A stretch of DNA of 64,000 nucleotides from an uncultured Bacteroidales bacterium (GTDB lineage: Bacteria; Bacteroidota; Bacteroidia; Bacteroidales; FEN-979), in NCBI GenBank assembly GCA_903877385.1, contig CAIRDP010000006.1, positions 43,231 to 107,230 of the forward strand, read 5' to 3'. A model generated the notes under the pieces. It worked only from the letters and a program-made list of their open reading frames with translations. It did no database searches and was not told the origin of the DNA. Made by a program: the position numbers and the translations under genes. Positions 1-9,686 of this stretch are shown in pieces (position 1 is the stretch's first letter; every line of letters starts with the position of its first letter).

Positions 1-2
1 CT

Positions 3-3000
3 GCAGCATTTAACTCGGTACTCTGTTCATCGGGGAATTGCATACCCCAGCCGAATACCAGCGTTAAAGTTGGAGATTTAGCCGACCGCCTGATGTACAG
101 GAATCAATACAGGAATTTCGGCAGTTACCAGACCATGGTCACCAGCCATACGGTCAATGTTGGCGGAGGCCAGGCCGGTTGCCGCTGGTACGAATTACGT
201 AACTATGGCACAGGATGGAGCATTTACCAGCAGGGGACCTATGCCCCGGATTCATATTACCGCTGGATGCCAAGTGTTGCAATGAACGGGAACGGGGATA
301 TTGCACTCGGGTTTTCAATTTCCTACAGCTCAACTGTCTTTCCCTCAATACATTACACAGGCCGCCGGGCATCTGATCCGGCCGGAACCATGACAGTTCA
401 GGAACAAACCATTGTAACCGGGGGCGGAAGCCAGACATATTCCACTTACCCGCGCTGGGGTGATTATTCGATGATGTCAATCGACCCCTCGGATGACCAG
501 ACTTTCTGGTACACCGATGAATATATGCAAACAACAAGCGCTTCAAACTGGCAGACCCGGGTCGCATCCTTTAAATTCAGCAATCAGCCTACGGTTATTA
601 CAACCAGTGCAACGTCTGTGACAGGTACATCAGCCACGCTCAACGGAACCATCAACCCCAACGGGCTGGCATCCACCTATAATTTTGAATGGGGAACCAC
701 TACGGCTTATGGTAACACCACCACAACCTCTTCGGCGGGATCAGGGTCATCTGCCGTAGCCGAGAATGCGCCACTTACCGGGCTCATAGGAGGAACGACC
801 TATCATTTTCGCATGAACGGGACCAACAGTGACGGAACCACGAACGGCAACGACATGACTTTTGCACCGGGGGCTGCTTCCGTCACGACCACGGCTGCAA
901 CTGCCATTACCATGACCACGGCAACTTCGGGGGGCAATGTTGTCTCCGACGGGGGCTCAACGGTTACCACCAGAGGTGTATGCTGGAGTACTTCTGCCAA
1001 CCCGACAATTGCCGGAAGCCACACTACCGATGGTTCAGGCCTCGGTGCATTTACCAGTTCCCTCACAGGCCTTACATCCAATACCCTTTACCATATAAGG
1101 GCATACGGAACAAACAGTTTTGGCACCTGGTACGGTGCAGATCTTACTTTTACAACACTTTGCGCACTTTATCCCCTTCCTTTCACTGAATCTTTCAACA
1201 ATACCTCCATACCTTCATGCTGGAGCCAGGTTGACCACCAGGGAAATGCCGAGATCTGGCTGTTCGGTACAATTACCGGGTATACGGGACTTCCGAACCT
1301 GACAGGGAATTACGCTTATTTATGCAGTCGTGCTTACGGCAGCGGGAATTCCCAGAATGCAGACCTTGTAACACCGGTATTGGACTGTTCGGCATACAAT
1401 ACAGTCACCCTTGGGTTCAACCATTATTTCAGGCAGGGGGGGGGAGCCACAGCAAGCCTTTCATACAGCAGTGACGGCGGAACTACATGGAATACTATAC
1501 AGTCCTGGACCACCAGTACAACCAACCCTGCAGCATTCAGCCAGGTTATTGCAGGTGCAGCCGGTTCGGCCAATGTAAAATTCAGGTGGAATTATACAGG
1601 AACCTATGGTTACTGGTGGGCTGTTGACGATCTATCGGTAACAGGAACCACAACCAACACCCTGTCGGTTACTCCATCGAACCAGAATGTACCTGCTTCA
1701 CCGGCCGGTTCGACTTCATTCAGTGTGACCTCCAATACTTCCTGGAATGCTTCAAGCAACCAAAGCTGGTGTACTGTGACTCCTTCGGGAACAGGAAACG
1801 GAACAATTACTGCCAATTATACCGTGAACACTCTTGTTGCTGGCAGGGTTGCCACAATTACGGTAACAGCCTCGGGGGCTCCTACAGTAACGGTTACCGT
1901 TACCCAGGCAGGAGTTACTCCAACACTTAGTGTAACCCCTTCAAACCAGAATGTGCCTGATTCTCCCGCCGGCACAACCCCTTTTACAGTAACTTCGAAT
2001 ACCGACTGGACTGCAGTTTCAAATCAGACCTGGTGCACGGTGACCCCTTCGGGAACCGGTAACGGAACAATAACGGCATCGTACTCGCAGAATACAACGG
2101 CCAGCAGCCGGGTGGCAAACATCACCGTGACCGTGGCAACTCTTAATCCTGTCGTCGTAACTGTGACCCAGGCTGCTGCCGCACCTAACCTCACCGTGGT
2201 TCCACCCAACCAGAATGTGGCCTATTCGCCTGCAGGCACTGCAATTTTTACAGTAACATCCAATACGTCCTGGTCGACCAGCAGCAATGCAAGCTGGTGC
2301 AGCGTAAGTCCGTCTTCCTCCTCGGGTAACGGATCTATCACCGCATCGTACTCGGTTAACCCTGATGCCACCTCCCGCGTTGCCACTATTACGGTTACCG
2401 CAAGCGGACTATCCCCTGTTACCGTTACCGTGACACAGGATGCATCCCCACTCACTCTGGATGTGCAGCCCCCGAACCAGAACGTACCTGCATCCCCGGC
2501 GGGTTCCACGAATTTCAGTGTAACTTCAAATGCCAGCTGGACCGTGGTTTCCGATCAGGCATGGTGTACTTTAAATTCATCAGGAACAGGCAACGGGACG
2601 ATCACTGCAAATTATTCCCAGAACACCTCAACCAACGGCAGGACAGCTAATATAACAGTAACTGTTGCCGGCCTCTCACCCGTTGTGGTCACAGTGACCC
2701 AGAGCGGAATAAATCCGACCTTAACGGTTACTCCCCAAAACCGTAATGTAAACTATGTTTCGGGAAACACTACATTCTCTGTACTGTCCAATTCTGCCTG
2801 GACTGCCAGCAGTGACTCGGCCTGGCTTACAGTTACCCCTTCGGGAAACGGGAACGGCACGATAGACGCTGCCTTCCTGCAAAATCCATATTATATCCCA
2901 AGGGTTGCAACAATTACGGTGACTGTTGCCGGAATAAGCCCCCAGATGGTTACGGTAACCCAGGCTCAATCAACTGTTTCGGTGCAGGAACATACTTCAG

Positions 3001-3242
3001 GAGTCATCCGCATAATCCCCAATCCTTCAAAGGGAACTTTCCGTATTGATGCTGGAGAACTGAAACCCGGAACCCTGAATGTGATCATTATGGATCTCAG
3101 CGGACGTACCATTATATCGAGGGTATGCAGGAATAATGCTGATCTTCTGTTCGACCTTTCCGCATCGGCCGAAGGCTCCTATTTTATAAAAATTTCAGCA
3201 GACGGCCAGGAAATCAATCAGAAACTCATACTAACGCGTTAA
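3..3242 (+). CDS. T9SS-secreted multidomain protein (uncharacterised N-terminal domain, FN3-like modules, MAM/adhesin-like domain, 5 BACON repeats, C-terminal Por sorting domain); 5' end lies outside the window
   Basis: Frame is open from base 3 (AAFNSVLCSSGNCIPQPNTSVKVGDLADRLMYR), so the ATG at 93 is internal. Five repeats of TLxVxPxNxNV...W...GNG...R.A.ITVT; C-terminus IIPNPSKG...G.YFIKI...KLIL fits a type A T9SS CTD. Confidence 0.85.
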   Translation, partial: AAFNSVLCSSGNCIPQPNTSVKVGDLADRLMYRNQYRNFGSYQTMVTSHTVNVGGGQAGCRWYELRNYGTGWSIYQQGTYAPDSYYRWMPSVAMNGNGDIALGFSISYSSTVFPSIHYTGRRASDPAGTMTVQEQTIVTGGGSQTYSTYPRWGDYSMMSIDPSDDQTFWYTDEYMQTTSASNWQTRVASFKFSNQPTVITTSATSVTGTSATLNGTINPNGLASTYNFEWGTTTAYGNTTTTSSAGSGSSAVAENAPLTGLIGGTTYHFRMNGTNSDGTTNGNDMTFAPGAASVTTTAATAITMTTATSGGNVVSDGGSTVTTRGVCWSTSANPTIAGSHTTDGSGLGAFTSSLTGLTSNTLYHIRAYGTNSFGTWYGADLTFTTLCALYPLPFTESFNNTSIPSCWSQVDHQGNAEIWLFGTITGYTGLPNLTGNYAYLCSRAYGSGNSQNADLVTPVLDCSAYNTVTLGFNHYFRQGGGATASLSYSSDGGTTWNTIQSWTTSTTNPAAFSQVIAGAAGSANVKFRWNYTGTYGYWWAVDDLSVTGTTTNTLSVTPSNQNVPASPAGSTSFSVTSNTSWNASSNQSWCTVTPSGTGNGTITANYTVNTLVAGRVATITVTASGAPTVTVTVTQAGVTPTLSVTPSNQNVPDSPAGTTPFTVTSNTDWTAVSNQTWCTVTPSGTGNGTITASYSQNTTASSRVANITVTVATLNPVVVTVTQAAAAPNLTVVPPNQNVAYSPAGTAIFTVTSNTSWSTSSNASWCSVSPSSSSGNGSITASYSVNPDATSRVATITVTASGLSPVTVTVTQDASPLTLDVQPPNQNVPASPAGSTNFSVTSNASWTVVSDQAWCTLNSSGTGNGTITANYSQNTSTNGRTANITVTVAGLSPVVVTVTQSGINPTLTVTPQNRNVNYVSGNTTFSVLSNSAWTASSDSAWLTVTPSGNGNGTIDAAFLQNPYYIPRVATITVTVAGISPQMVTVTQAQSTVSVQEHTSGVIRIIPNPSKGTFRIDAGELKPGTLNVIIMDLSGRTIISRVCRNNADLLFDLSASAEGSYFIKISADGQEINQKLILTR
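1659..2969 (+). repeat. Five tandem ~88-aa BACON-like coding repeats
   Basis: Recurring DNA motif aaccagaatgt/aaccagaacgt and a recurring SGxGNG motif, with units about 264 nt apart. Confidence 0.85.
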
Positions 3243-3260
3243 TTTTTTCAAATTCCCGGG

Positions 3261-3329
3261 CTGCTGCCGGCGATTGTTGTGTCACAGGAAAGCCTGTGAC
3301 AAGGACATTCACCGGCAGCAGTTTTTTTT
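3261..3329 (+). terminator. Long-stem intrinsic terminator
   Basis: ctgctgccgg (3261-3270) pairs with ccggcagcag (3312-3321); inner stem tgtcacagg/cctgtgaca; followed by T8. Confidence 0.75.
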
Positions 3330-3358
3330 GGAAAATCAGAAGGATCTGAGTAGCTTTG
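3327..3358 (+). promoter_or_regulatory. Bacteroidota sigma-ABfr-type promoter of nrfHA
   Basis: TTTG (3327-3330), 20-nt spacer, TAGCTTTG (3351-3358); matches TTTG-N19-21-TAnnTTTG. Confidence 0.75.
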
Positions 3359-3373
3359 TTAGCAGATTAACAA
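3356..3373. promoter_or_regulatory. Rex-like operator at nrfH
   Basis: TTGTTAG-CAGA-TTAACAA, one mismatch to TTGTTAA-N4-TTAACAA, overlapping the -7 element. Confidence 0.65.
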
Positions 3374-3392
3374 CTGCCTGAAAAGATCCTGA

Positions 3393-3980
3393 ATGAAAAA
3401 TTTTCTTAGAAGGCTTATACCCCCGGATCAGTGGCTGAAACCTGTAATCGTTATGCTCGGGGTTTTTTGCGGGCTTGCGGCCTATGCAATCTATATTTCG
3501 AGGGCCCCTTCCTATCTTTCTGATAATCCAGAGACCTGCATTAACTGCCACGTAATGAATCCCCAGTTTTACGACTGGGCTCACAGTTCGCACAGGAATG
3601 TCGCGAGCTGCAACGATTGCCACGTACCCCATAATAATGTGTTTGCCAAATACCTGTTCAAGGCCAGTGACGGGTTAAGGCATGCCAGTATTTTCACATT
3701 GCGCGCCGAACCCCAGGTGATCTATATAAGGGATGCCGGAAAGAAAGTAGTCCAGGGCAACTGCATACGCTGCCATGAAAAAGTAGTGGGTACGGAGTTC
3801 GTATTTTCCGTCCAGCCGAACTTTCATAATTTCCTTAAGGAAAGGACCTGCCTCGACTGCCACAGGGAAACCCCGCACAAGCGGGTCAACGGACTTTCGT
3901 CAGCTCCCAATGCACTGGTAAAAACAAAGATCGGCAGCCGCACCGAAAGGGATGAAGACGAGGCGGAGGATAAACGGTAA
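3393..3980 (+). CDS. nrfH: Cytochrome c nitrite reductase small subunit (tetraheme quinol dehydrogenase)
   Basis: N-terminal TM helix; CINCH, CNDCH, CIRCH, CLDCH; directly upstream of nrfA. Confidence 0.95.
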   Translation: MKNFLRRLIPPDQWLKPVIVMLGVFCGLAAYAIYISRAPSYLSDNPETCINCHVMNPQFYDWAHSSHRNVASCNDCHVPHNNVFAKYLFKASDGLRHASIFTLRAEPQVIYIRDAGKKVVQGNCIRCHEKVVGTEFVFSVQPNFHNFLKERTCLDCHRETPHKRVNGLSSAPNALVKTKIGSRTERDEDEAEDKR

Positions 3981-4024
3981 CAGGCCATCAGCCTGCATAA
4001 AAAAATAAAAATTGTCAGGAACAT

Positions 4025-5545
4025 ATGGAAACCATACAAAAAAGAAAACCCTGGAAAAACTGGCTGTTGTTTTTTGCCACCATGCTGGTTGTGTTTTTAC
4101 TTGGTTTGCTCGCTTCGTCGATCACACAACGTAAAGCCGAATCGGAATACGTATACAAGCCCAGGGTTAAGCTCGACGAGTATGAGCCAAGAAATTCCCT
4201 GTGGGGAGAAAATTTTCCAAGGGAATACCAGAGCTATTTGCAGACTGCCGATACCAGCTTTGCAAGCAAATATAACGGGAGCGTATCTTTCGACATGCTG
4301 TCGAGGGATCCCCGTATGGTTGTGCTCTGGGCGGGGTATGCGTTTTCGAAGGATTACAGCCAAAGCCGGGGGCATTATTATGCCATCACTGATATCCGCA
4401 ACACTCTGAGAACAGGTGCGCCTAAAGGCCCGGATGACGGACCTCAGCCTGCTACCTGCTGGACATGCAAGAGCCCTGATGTTCCGAGGATGATGGAAAA
4501 GACGGGACCAAAAGATTTTTACAAAGGGAAATGGTCTGCCAAAGGATCTGAAATTGTCAATTACATAGGCTGTGCCGACTGCCATGACCCGGGGACCATG
4601 GACCTGAGGATAACCAGGCCTGCGCTGGTGGAAGCGTTTAAGGCCATGGGCAAGGACATCAGCAAGGCAACACACCAGGAAATGCGCTCCCTCGTTTGTG
4701 CCCAGTGCCATATTGAATATTACTTCGACAAGCACCGGCCTGATGCGCCCGATGTGGCATACCTGGCTTTTCCCTGGAAATACGGTACTTCTGCCGATTC
4801 CGCTTTGAAATATTATGATGAAATCGGTTTTGCGGATTTCACCCACCAGCTGAGCCGGGCATCCATACTTAAGGCGCAACATCCCGATTATGAACTTTAT
4901 CTTACGGGCATACATGCCGACCGCGGGGTTGCCTGTGCCGACTGCCATATGCCGTATATCAAAGAAGGCGGACAGAAGTTCACCAGCCATAAGATCACCA
5001 GCCCCCTTGCGAACATTTCAAACACCTGCCAGGTTTGCCACAGGGAAAGTGAAGCAGCTTTGAGGGAGAATGTGTATGAGAGGCAGGATAAAATAAAACA
5101 GATTAGGGACCTGGCCGAAACGGAGCTGGTAAAGGCCCATGTTGAAGCCAAAGCGGCCTGGGATGCAGGCGCCAGTGAAAAGGAAATGGGGCCGGGATTA
5201 AAACATATACGGAATGCGCAGTGGTACTGGGATTACTCTGCTGCCAGCCACGGGGCTTCTTTCCATTCACCGGTCGAGGTTTCGAGACTTATAGGATTGT
5301 CAATAAACGAAGCCCAGGAAGCCCGGGTAGAACTGGCCCGCATTTTGGTCAGGTACGGGAAAAACAATGAAATATCATATCCCGATATCGCCACTAAGGA
5401 GAAAGCACAAAAATTCATAGGTTTGCAAATGGAAAACCTGGTAAAAGAAAAACAGGAGTTCCTGAAAACTTTGGTGCCTGTATGGGAACTGCAGGCAAAA
5501 GAACGTGAAAACAAATGGGTCAAGCCCGAAAACGAAAAAGACTGA
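4025..5545 (+). CDS. nrfA: Ammonia-forming cytochrome c nitrite reductase
   Basis: Lys-ligated heme-1 motif CWTCK plus four CxxCH motifs; CHIEYYF and KAQHPDYE motifs. Confidence 0.96.
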   Translation: METIQKRKPWKNWLLFFATMLVVFLLGLLASSITQRKAESEYVYKPRVKLDEYEPRNSLWGENFPREYQSYLQTADTSFASKYNGSVSFDMLSRDPRMVVLWAGYAFSKDYSQSRGHYYAITDIRNTLRTGAPKGPDDGPQPATCWTCKSPDVPRMMEKTGPKDFYKGKWSAKGSEIVNYIGCADCHDPGTMDLRITRPALVEAFKAMGKDISKATHQEMRSLVCAQCHIEYYFDKHRPDAPDVAYLAFPWKYGTSADSALKYYDEIGFADFTHQLSRASILKAQHPDYELYLTGIHADRGVACADCHMPYIKEGGQKFTSHKITSPLANISNTCQVCHRESEAALRENVYERQDKIKQIRDLAETELVKAHVEAKAAWDAGASEKEMGPGLKHIRNAQWYWDYSAASHGASFHSPVEVSRLIGLSINEAQEARVELARILVRYGKNNEISYPDIATKEKAQKFIGLQMENLVKEKQEFLKTLVPVWELQAKERENKWVKPENEKD

Positions 5546-5547
5546 TT

Positions 5548-6000
5548 ATGAGCCTGGAAGAAAAGATCAACAATGACATTAAAGCAGCCATGCTTGCCAG
5601 GGAACAGGAAAAACTGGAAGCCATACGTGCCGTTAAGGCCGCCATACTGCTGGAAAAGTCAAAGGAAAGCGGAACCGGCGCTATAGATGAGGCTGCCGAA
5701 CTGAAGATATTGCAGAAACTTGTAAAACAAAGAAAAGAGTCGGCCGAGGTTTATACAGCCGGTAAGCGGGAAGACCTTGCAAAAAAGGAGATGTTCGAAG
5801 CCTCCATTATCGAAGCCTACTTGCCTAAGCAGCTGAGCCCCACCGATGTCGAGGAAAAGATCAGGCAAATCATTGCCCAGACCGGTGCTGCATCCATGAA
5901 AGACATGGGCAAGGTAATGGGCATTGCGGCAAAGGAATTCGCAGGAAGGGCTGATAATAAAATGATCTCGGAGAATGTAAAACGCCTTCTTGGCGGATAA
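5548..6000 (+). CDS. GatB/YqeY domain protein
   Basis: MSLEEKINNDIKAAMLAR...KQRKESAEVY...DMGKVMG; start moved to the ATG at 5548, just after the nrfA stop. Confidence 0.9.
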   Translation: MSLEEKINNDIKAAMLAREQEKLEAIRAVKAAILLEKSKESGTGAIDEAAELKILQKLVKQRKESAEVYTAGKREDLAKKEMFEASIIEAYLPKQLSPTDVEEKIRQIIAQTGAASMKDMGKVMGIAAKEFAGRADNKMISENVKRLLGG

Positions 6001-6036
6001 ACCCTTAAAATACCCGATATTTACAAATACGGACCT

Positions 6037-6960
6037 ATGGATTTTCTTACTCCTCAGCGCTGGAAGGATTATGAATTGATTGATACAGGCGGGCTTGAAA
6101 AGCTTGAGCGTTTCGGGCAATTCATATTGGCCCGTCCTGAGCCCCAGGCCGTTTGGAAGAAAGCGCTTAGCGAAAGCGAATGGGAGAAAATTGCCTATGC
6201 CAGGTACAGGAGGAATAAAGGAACGGATCCGGCAAAATCTGAAAATTTCGATAAGGGGGAATGGATCAGGATGAAAAAGATCCCTGATCAATGGAAGATC
6301 AGTTTTCAGTATAAAAACATGGACCTCAGGTTCCGCCTGGGGCTCACTGCATTCGGACATATCGGGGTTTTTCCCGAACAGGCGGTTAACTGGGAATTCA
6401 TTTATGATTTCATCTCGGGCCGGAACGATAAACAAGGGAAGGATGGACAAGCTAAAGGATTCAGGGTGCTTAATCTCTTTGCCTATACCGGGGGAGCTTC
6501 CCTTGCGGCCAAAGCAGCAGGAGCCGAAGTTGTCCATGTCGACTCCTCAAAACCTACCTTGAACTGGGCCAGGGAGATGATGGAATTGTCAAATCTTGAC
6601 GGGATCCGCTGGGTCGTCGAAGATGCCCTGAAATTTATCAGGAGGGAAGCTAAAAGGGGGAATAAATACAACGGGATAATCCTGGACCCGCCGGCATACG
6701 GACGGGGACCTGAAGGCGAAAAATGGATGCTGCAGGACAGCATAGACGAGATGATTTCGCATTGCAGCGAGATCCTGCTTCCCTCGGAAAGCTTTATGAT
6801 CTTCAGCCTTTATTCCATGGGCTTTTCTTCCCTTATTGCCGAAAACCTGGTAAAAACACATTTTCAAACCGGGCGCCTGAACGAAACTGCCGAACTCTTT
6901 TTCCCCGACAGGAATGGCCGGAAACTTCCCCTCGGAACCCTGCTCAGGCTCACTGACTGA
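6037..6960 (+). CDS. Class I SAM-dependent methyltransferase (RlmI/K-like)
   Basis: VLNLFAYTGGASL SAM-binding motif; IILDPPAYG; HIGVFPEQ. Confidence 0.88.
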   Translation: MDFLTPQRWKDYELIDTGGLEKLERFGQFILARPEPQAVWKKALSESEWEKIAYARYRRNKGTDPAKSENFDKGEWIRMKKIPDQWKISFQYKNMDLRFRLGLTAFGHIGVFPEQAVNWEFIYDFISGRNDKQGKDGQAKGFRVLNLFAYTGGASLAAKAAGAEVVHVDSSKPTLNWAREMMELSNLDGIRWVVEDALKFIRREAKRGNKYNGIILDPPAYGRGPEGEKWMLQDSIDEMISHCSEILLPSESFMIFSLYSMGFSSLIAENLVKTHFQTGRLNETAELFFPDRNGRKLPLGTLLRLTD

Positions 6961-6967
6961 GGCAGCA

Positions 6968-8101
6968 TCAGTCAGTATCAAGAAAAAGATCGGAACTTAT
7001 CCGGTCGGCAAACAGCTTTCCTTTATCACTTAAGGTAAAGATACCATTCTGTTCGAGGATGTATGAATTCTCAAGGTATTGATGAGCCTGGGCCATGAAA
7101 TGGGATGCCGCTTTTTCACCAAAAATTTTCCTGATATGATCAGGGTTCGTTCCCCAGATGGTTCTCAGTGAAGTCATGACATATTCATTGTATTTCTGGG
7201 AAGGGCTCAGGAATTCGGTTTCGAAATGAGGACTGCCCGACCCGATTAGGTCTGCATACCTGCTGATACTGCTCACATTCCATTGCCTTGTACTGCCGTT
7301 GTAGGAATGTGCCGATGGGCCGAGGCCCAGGTAATGATCTCCACTCCAGTATGAGGAATTATGTACGGAATGCATACCGGGAAGGCAGAAGTTTGAAATT
7401 TCGTAATGTTCGTAATTATGGGAACCAAGGTATTGCATTAAAAATCTGAATTGGGAAACCGATTTTTCCTCATCAGGCCCGGCAGTTTGTTGTTTCCTGA
7501 TCTTCACATCCATTGCAGTTTTCGGTTCAATGGTAAGGGCATAGGCCGAAATGTGCGGAATGTGAAGGTCCACGGCCTTTTCGAGGTTGCTGCGAAATGC
7601 ATCATACGAAAGCGTAGGCATGCCATAAATGAAATCAAGGCTGAGATTTGAAAAACCGGCATCCCTGGCAAGCTGGACCGATCTTTCGGCCTGTTCTCCG
7701 GTATGGATCCGGCCAAGGTACCTAAGGTCATCTTCTTCAAAGGACTGTATCCCTATGCTCAGCCTGTTGATGCCCGACTTTAGCCACTCGGAAAGGTTTT
7801 TCAAAGTGATGTCGTCTGGGTTAGCCTCCATGGTGATCTCAGCGTTTTGTTCAACCGGAAAAACAGAGCTGATCTTCTCAAGTATGCCGCTTAGTTGGGA
7901 AGGCCCGAGCAGTGATGGAGTCCCTCCGCCGAGATAGACCGTTTTTACTTTCTGGGCACCCAGGTAATCCTTCTGAATGCCTATTTCACGGTACAATGCC
8001 TCCAAAAAAACAAGCCCGGTTTTAAGGGAAGCAACTGAAAAGAAATTGCAATATGGGCATTTGCTTTTACAGAAAGGGATATGCAGGTAAATACCGGCCA
8101 T
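6968..8101 (-). CDS. hemW: Radical SAM heme chaperone
   Basis: YLHIPFCKSKCPYCNF (CxxxCxxC); YLGGGTPS; YEHYEISNF; HNSSYW. Confidence 0.92.
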   Translation of the reverse strand: MAGIYLHIPFCKSKCPYCNFFSVASLKTGLVFLEALYREIGIQKDYLGAQKVKTVYLGGGTPSLLGPSQLSGILEKISSVFPVEQNAEITMEANPDDITLKNLSEWLKSGINRLSIGIQSFEEDDLRYLGRIHTGEQAERSVQLARDAGFSNLSLDFIYGMPTLSYDAFRSNLEKAVDLHIPHISAYALTIEPKTAMDVKIRKQQTAGPDEEKSVSQFRFLMQYLGSHNYEHYEISNFCLPGMHSVHNSSYWSGDHYLGLGPSAHSYNGSTRQWNVSSISRYADLIGSGSPHFETEFLSPSQKYNEYVMTSLRTIWGTNPDHIRKIFGEKAASHFMAQAHQYLENSYILEQNGIFTLSDKGKLFADRISSDLFLDTD

Positions 8102-8105
8102 CCCG

Positions 8106-9626
8106 CTATTTTTTCAGGATGATACGGAAAGTGGTTCCTTTTCCGAGGGTGGAGGTTTTGACAAAGATCTTCCCGGTATGATAGTTTTCGACTATCCTTT
8201 TAGACAGGGTGAGTCCCAGCCCCCATCCCCTGGATTTGCTGGTGAATCCCGGGTGAAAAATTGTCTTGAACCTTGATTTTGGGATTCCTTTGCCGGTATC
8301 GGTGACATCAATATGGATATGGTCGATGTCATCGCTTATTTCAATGGTGATCAGGCCGCTGCCTTCCATGGCATCCACAGCATTCTTGCAAAGATTTTCG
8401 ATGACCCATTCAAAAAGATGGAGGTTGAGAGGGATTTCAATGACTTTCAGGGGAGGAGGGCTTACCTCGAATTTAACCTTTTGGGATGTGCGGGAACTGA
8501 TATACCCGACAGCCTGGTGCACGACCTGAACGATGTTCAGTTTTTCAAGTTTTGCAGTAGAGCCTATTTTGGAAAACCGGTCGGTTATCGTTTCAAGACG
8601 CTGAACATCCTTTTCAATCTCGGTAACAGTTTCATTATCAAGCCCCTTGAGTTTAAGCAGCTCGATCCAGGCGATCATTGACGAAAGCGGGGTACCAAGC
8701 TGGTGGGCCGTTTCCTTGGCCATGCCAACCCACACCTGATTCTGTTCCGATTTCCTGGCATAACTGAATAAAAGGTAGGCAATGAACAGGAAAACAGCAA
8801 TCACTGCCAGCTGAACATAAGGATAATACTGAAGCTGCCTTAAAAGGAAGGAGTCTTCAAAATAAATCAGGTGAATGCCGGTATTTGCAAGGTTAACCTG
8901 GATAGGGGGATTATGGGAAGCCATGGAATTGAGGGTTTGTTCAACAAACCTGGCATCCTCCATCTTTTTCTTCGGGATGTTGCCATAGCTGGTCCAGTTT
9001 TTTCCCGTGCTGTCGGTGATGATTACAGGGACCGAGGCTGAATTCAGGACAACTTCAGCAAAGAAGGAATCGATAAGATCGTCAATAACCTGTTTAAGTT
9101 CCGTGTAAATGTTGGAGTCCTTGTAATACAGGTAAATCTTCTTGTCCCTGTAATAATTAACAATAATGGGGGAATAAACAGTGAATTCCCTGAGCAGCTT
9201 CCCGTCGAGTTTTTTCCCCTCGAGCCGGGTAAGGGTATCCTTGCCCTGCTTTACATTTCGGGCGTAAATAATAGTGCCACGCTCATCGGTCTGGATAACG
9301 GGGATTGTTGTATTGTTTGCAACGATCTCGACTAAAAAAGTAAGTTCTTCGTTGGATGTGGCAGTAATGGTCCTTCGCTGGGCTTCGGCAAGAGTCACAA
9401 CCCTTCGCCTTTCCTCATCCTTGATTTGTTCGAACAGTTTGTTGGTGATATTTACAAGATCTGCTTTATGGTGGATGGCATCGGCCCAGATCGCTACGTT
9501 TTTACGTTCATCTTTACGGATCTCGTTTACCAGGAGATTGGTATAATAAAGGGAGGCCGTCACGATCACCAGGGCAATGGCAAAAAGGATAAGCTTCCAG
9601 CGTCGTTTCCTGAGGTAGATATCCAC
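8106..9626 (-). CDS. Membrane sensor histidine kinase with no adjacent response regulator
   Basis: Two TM helices; H-box AKETAHQLGTP; ENLCKNAVDA; DTGKG; GWGLGL. Confidence 0.9.
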   Translation of the reverse strand: MDIYLRKRRWKLILFAIALVIVTASLYYTNLLVNEIRKDERKNVAIWADAIHHKADLVNITNKLFEQIKDEERRRVVTLAEAQRRTITATSNEELTFLVEIVANNTTIPVIQTDERGTIIYARNVKQGKDTLTRLEGKKLDGKLLREFTVYSPIIVNYYRDKKIYLYYKDSNIYTELKQVIDDLIDSFFAEVVLNSASVPVIITDSTGKNWTSYGNIPKKKMEDARFVEQTLNSMASHNPPIQVNLANTGIHLIYFEDSFLLRQLQYYPYVQLAVIAVFLFIAYLLFSYARKSEQNQVWVGMAKETAHQLGTPLSSMIAWIELLKLKGLDNETVTEIEKDVQRLETITDRFSKIGSTAKLEKLNIVQVVHQAVGYISSRTSQKVKFEVSPPPLKVIEIPLNLHLFEWVIENLCKNAVDAMEGSGLITIEISDDIDHIHIDVTDTGKGIPKSRFKTIFHPGFTSKSRGWGLGLTLSKRIVENYHTGKIFVKTSTLGKGTTFRIILKK

Positions 9627-9686
9627 TGCAAGTGTTTTATTTATAACGCAGGAAAAGCAATTTTATTTTTTCCGGGAGCCCGGACC

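Noticed and set aside
3261-3321. SRP, 6S or other ncRNA
   Set aside because: Too short, lacks SRP helix-8 motifs, and sits after a stop codon with a U-tract like a terminator
4097-4990. Long antisense or alternate-frame ORFs (also 5659-6537, 19822-20619, 27558-28328, 29193-29855)
   Set aside because: Shadows of well-supported genes, with no recognisable motifs
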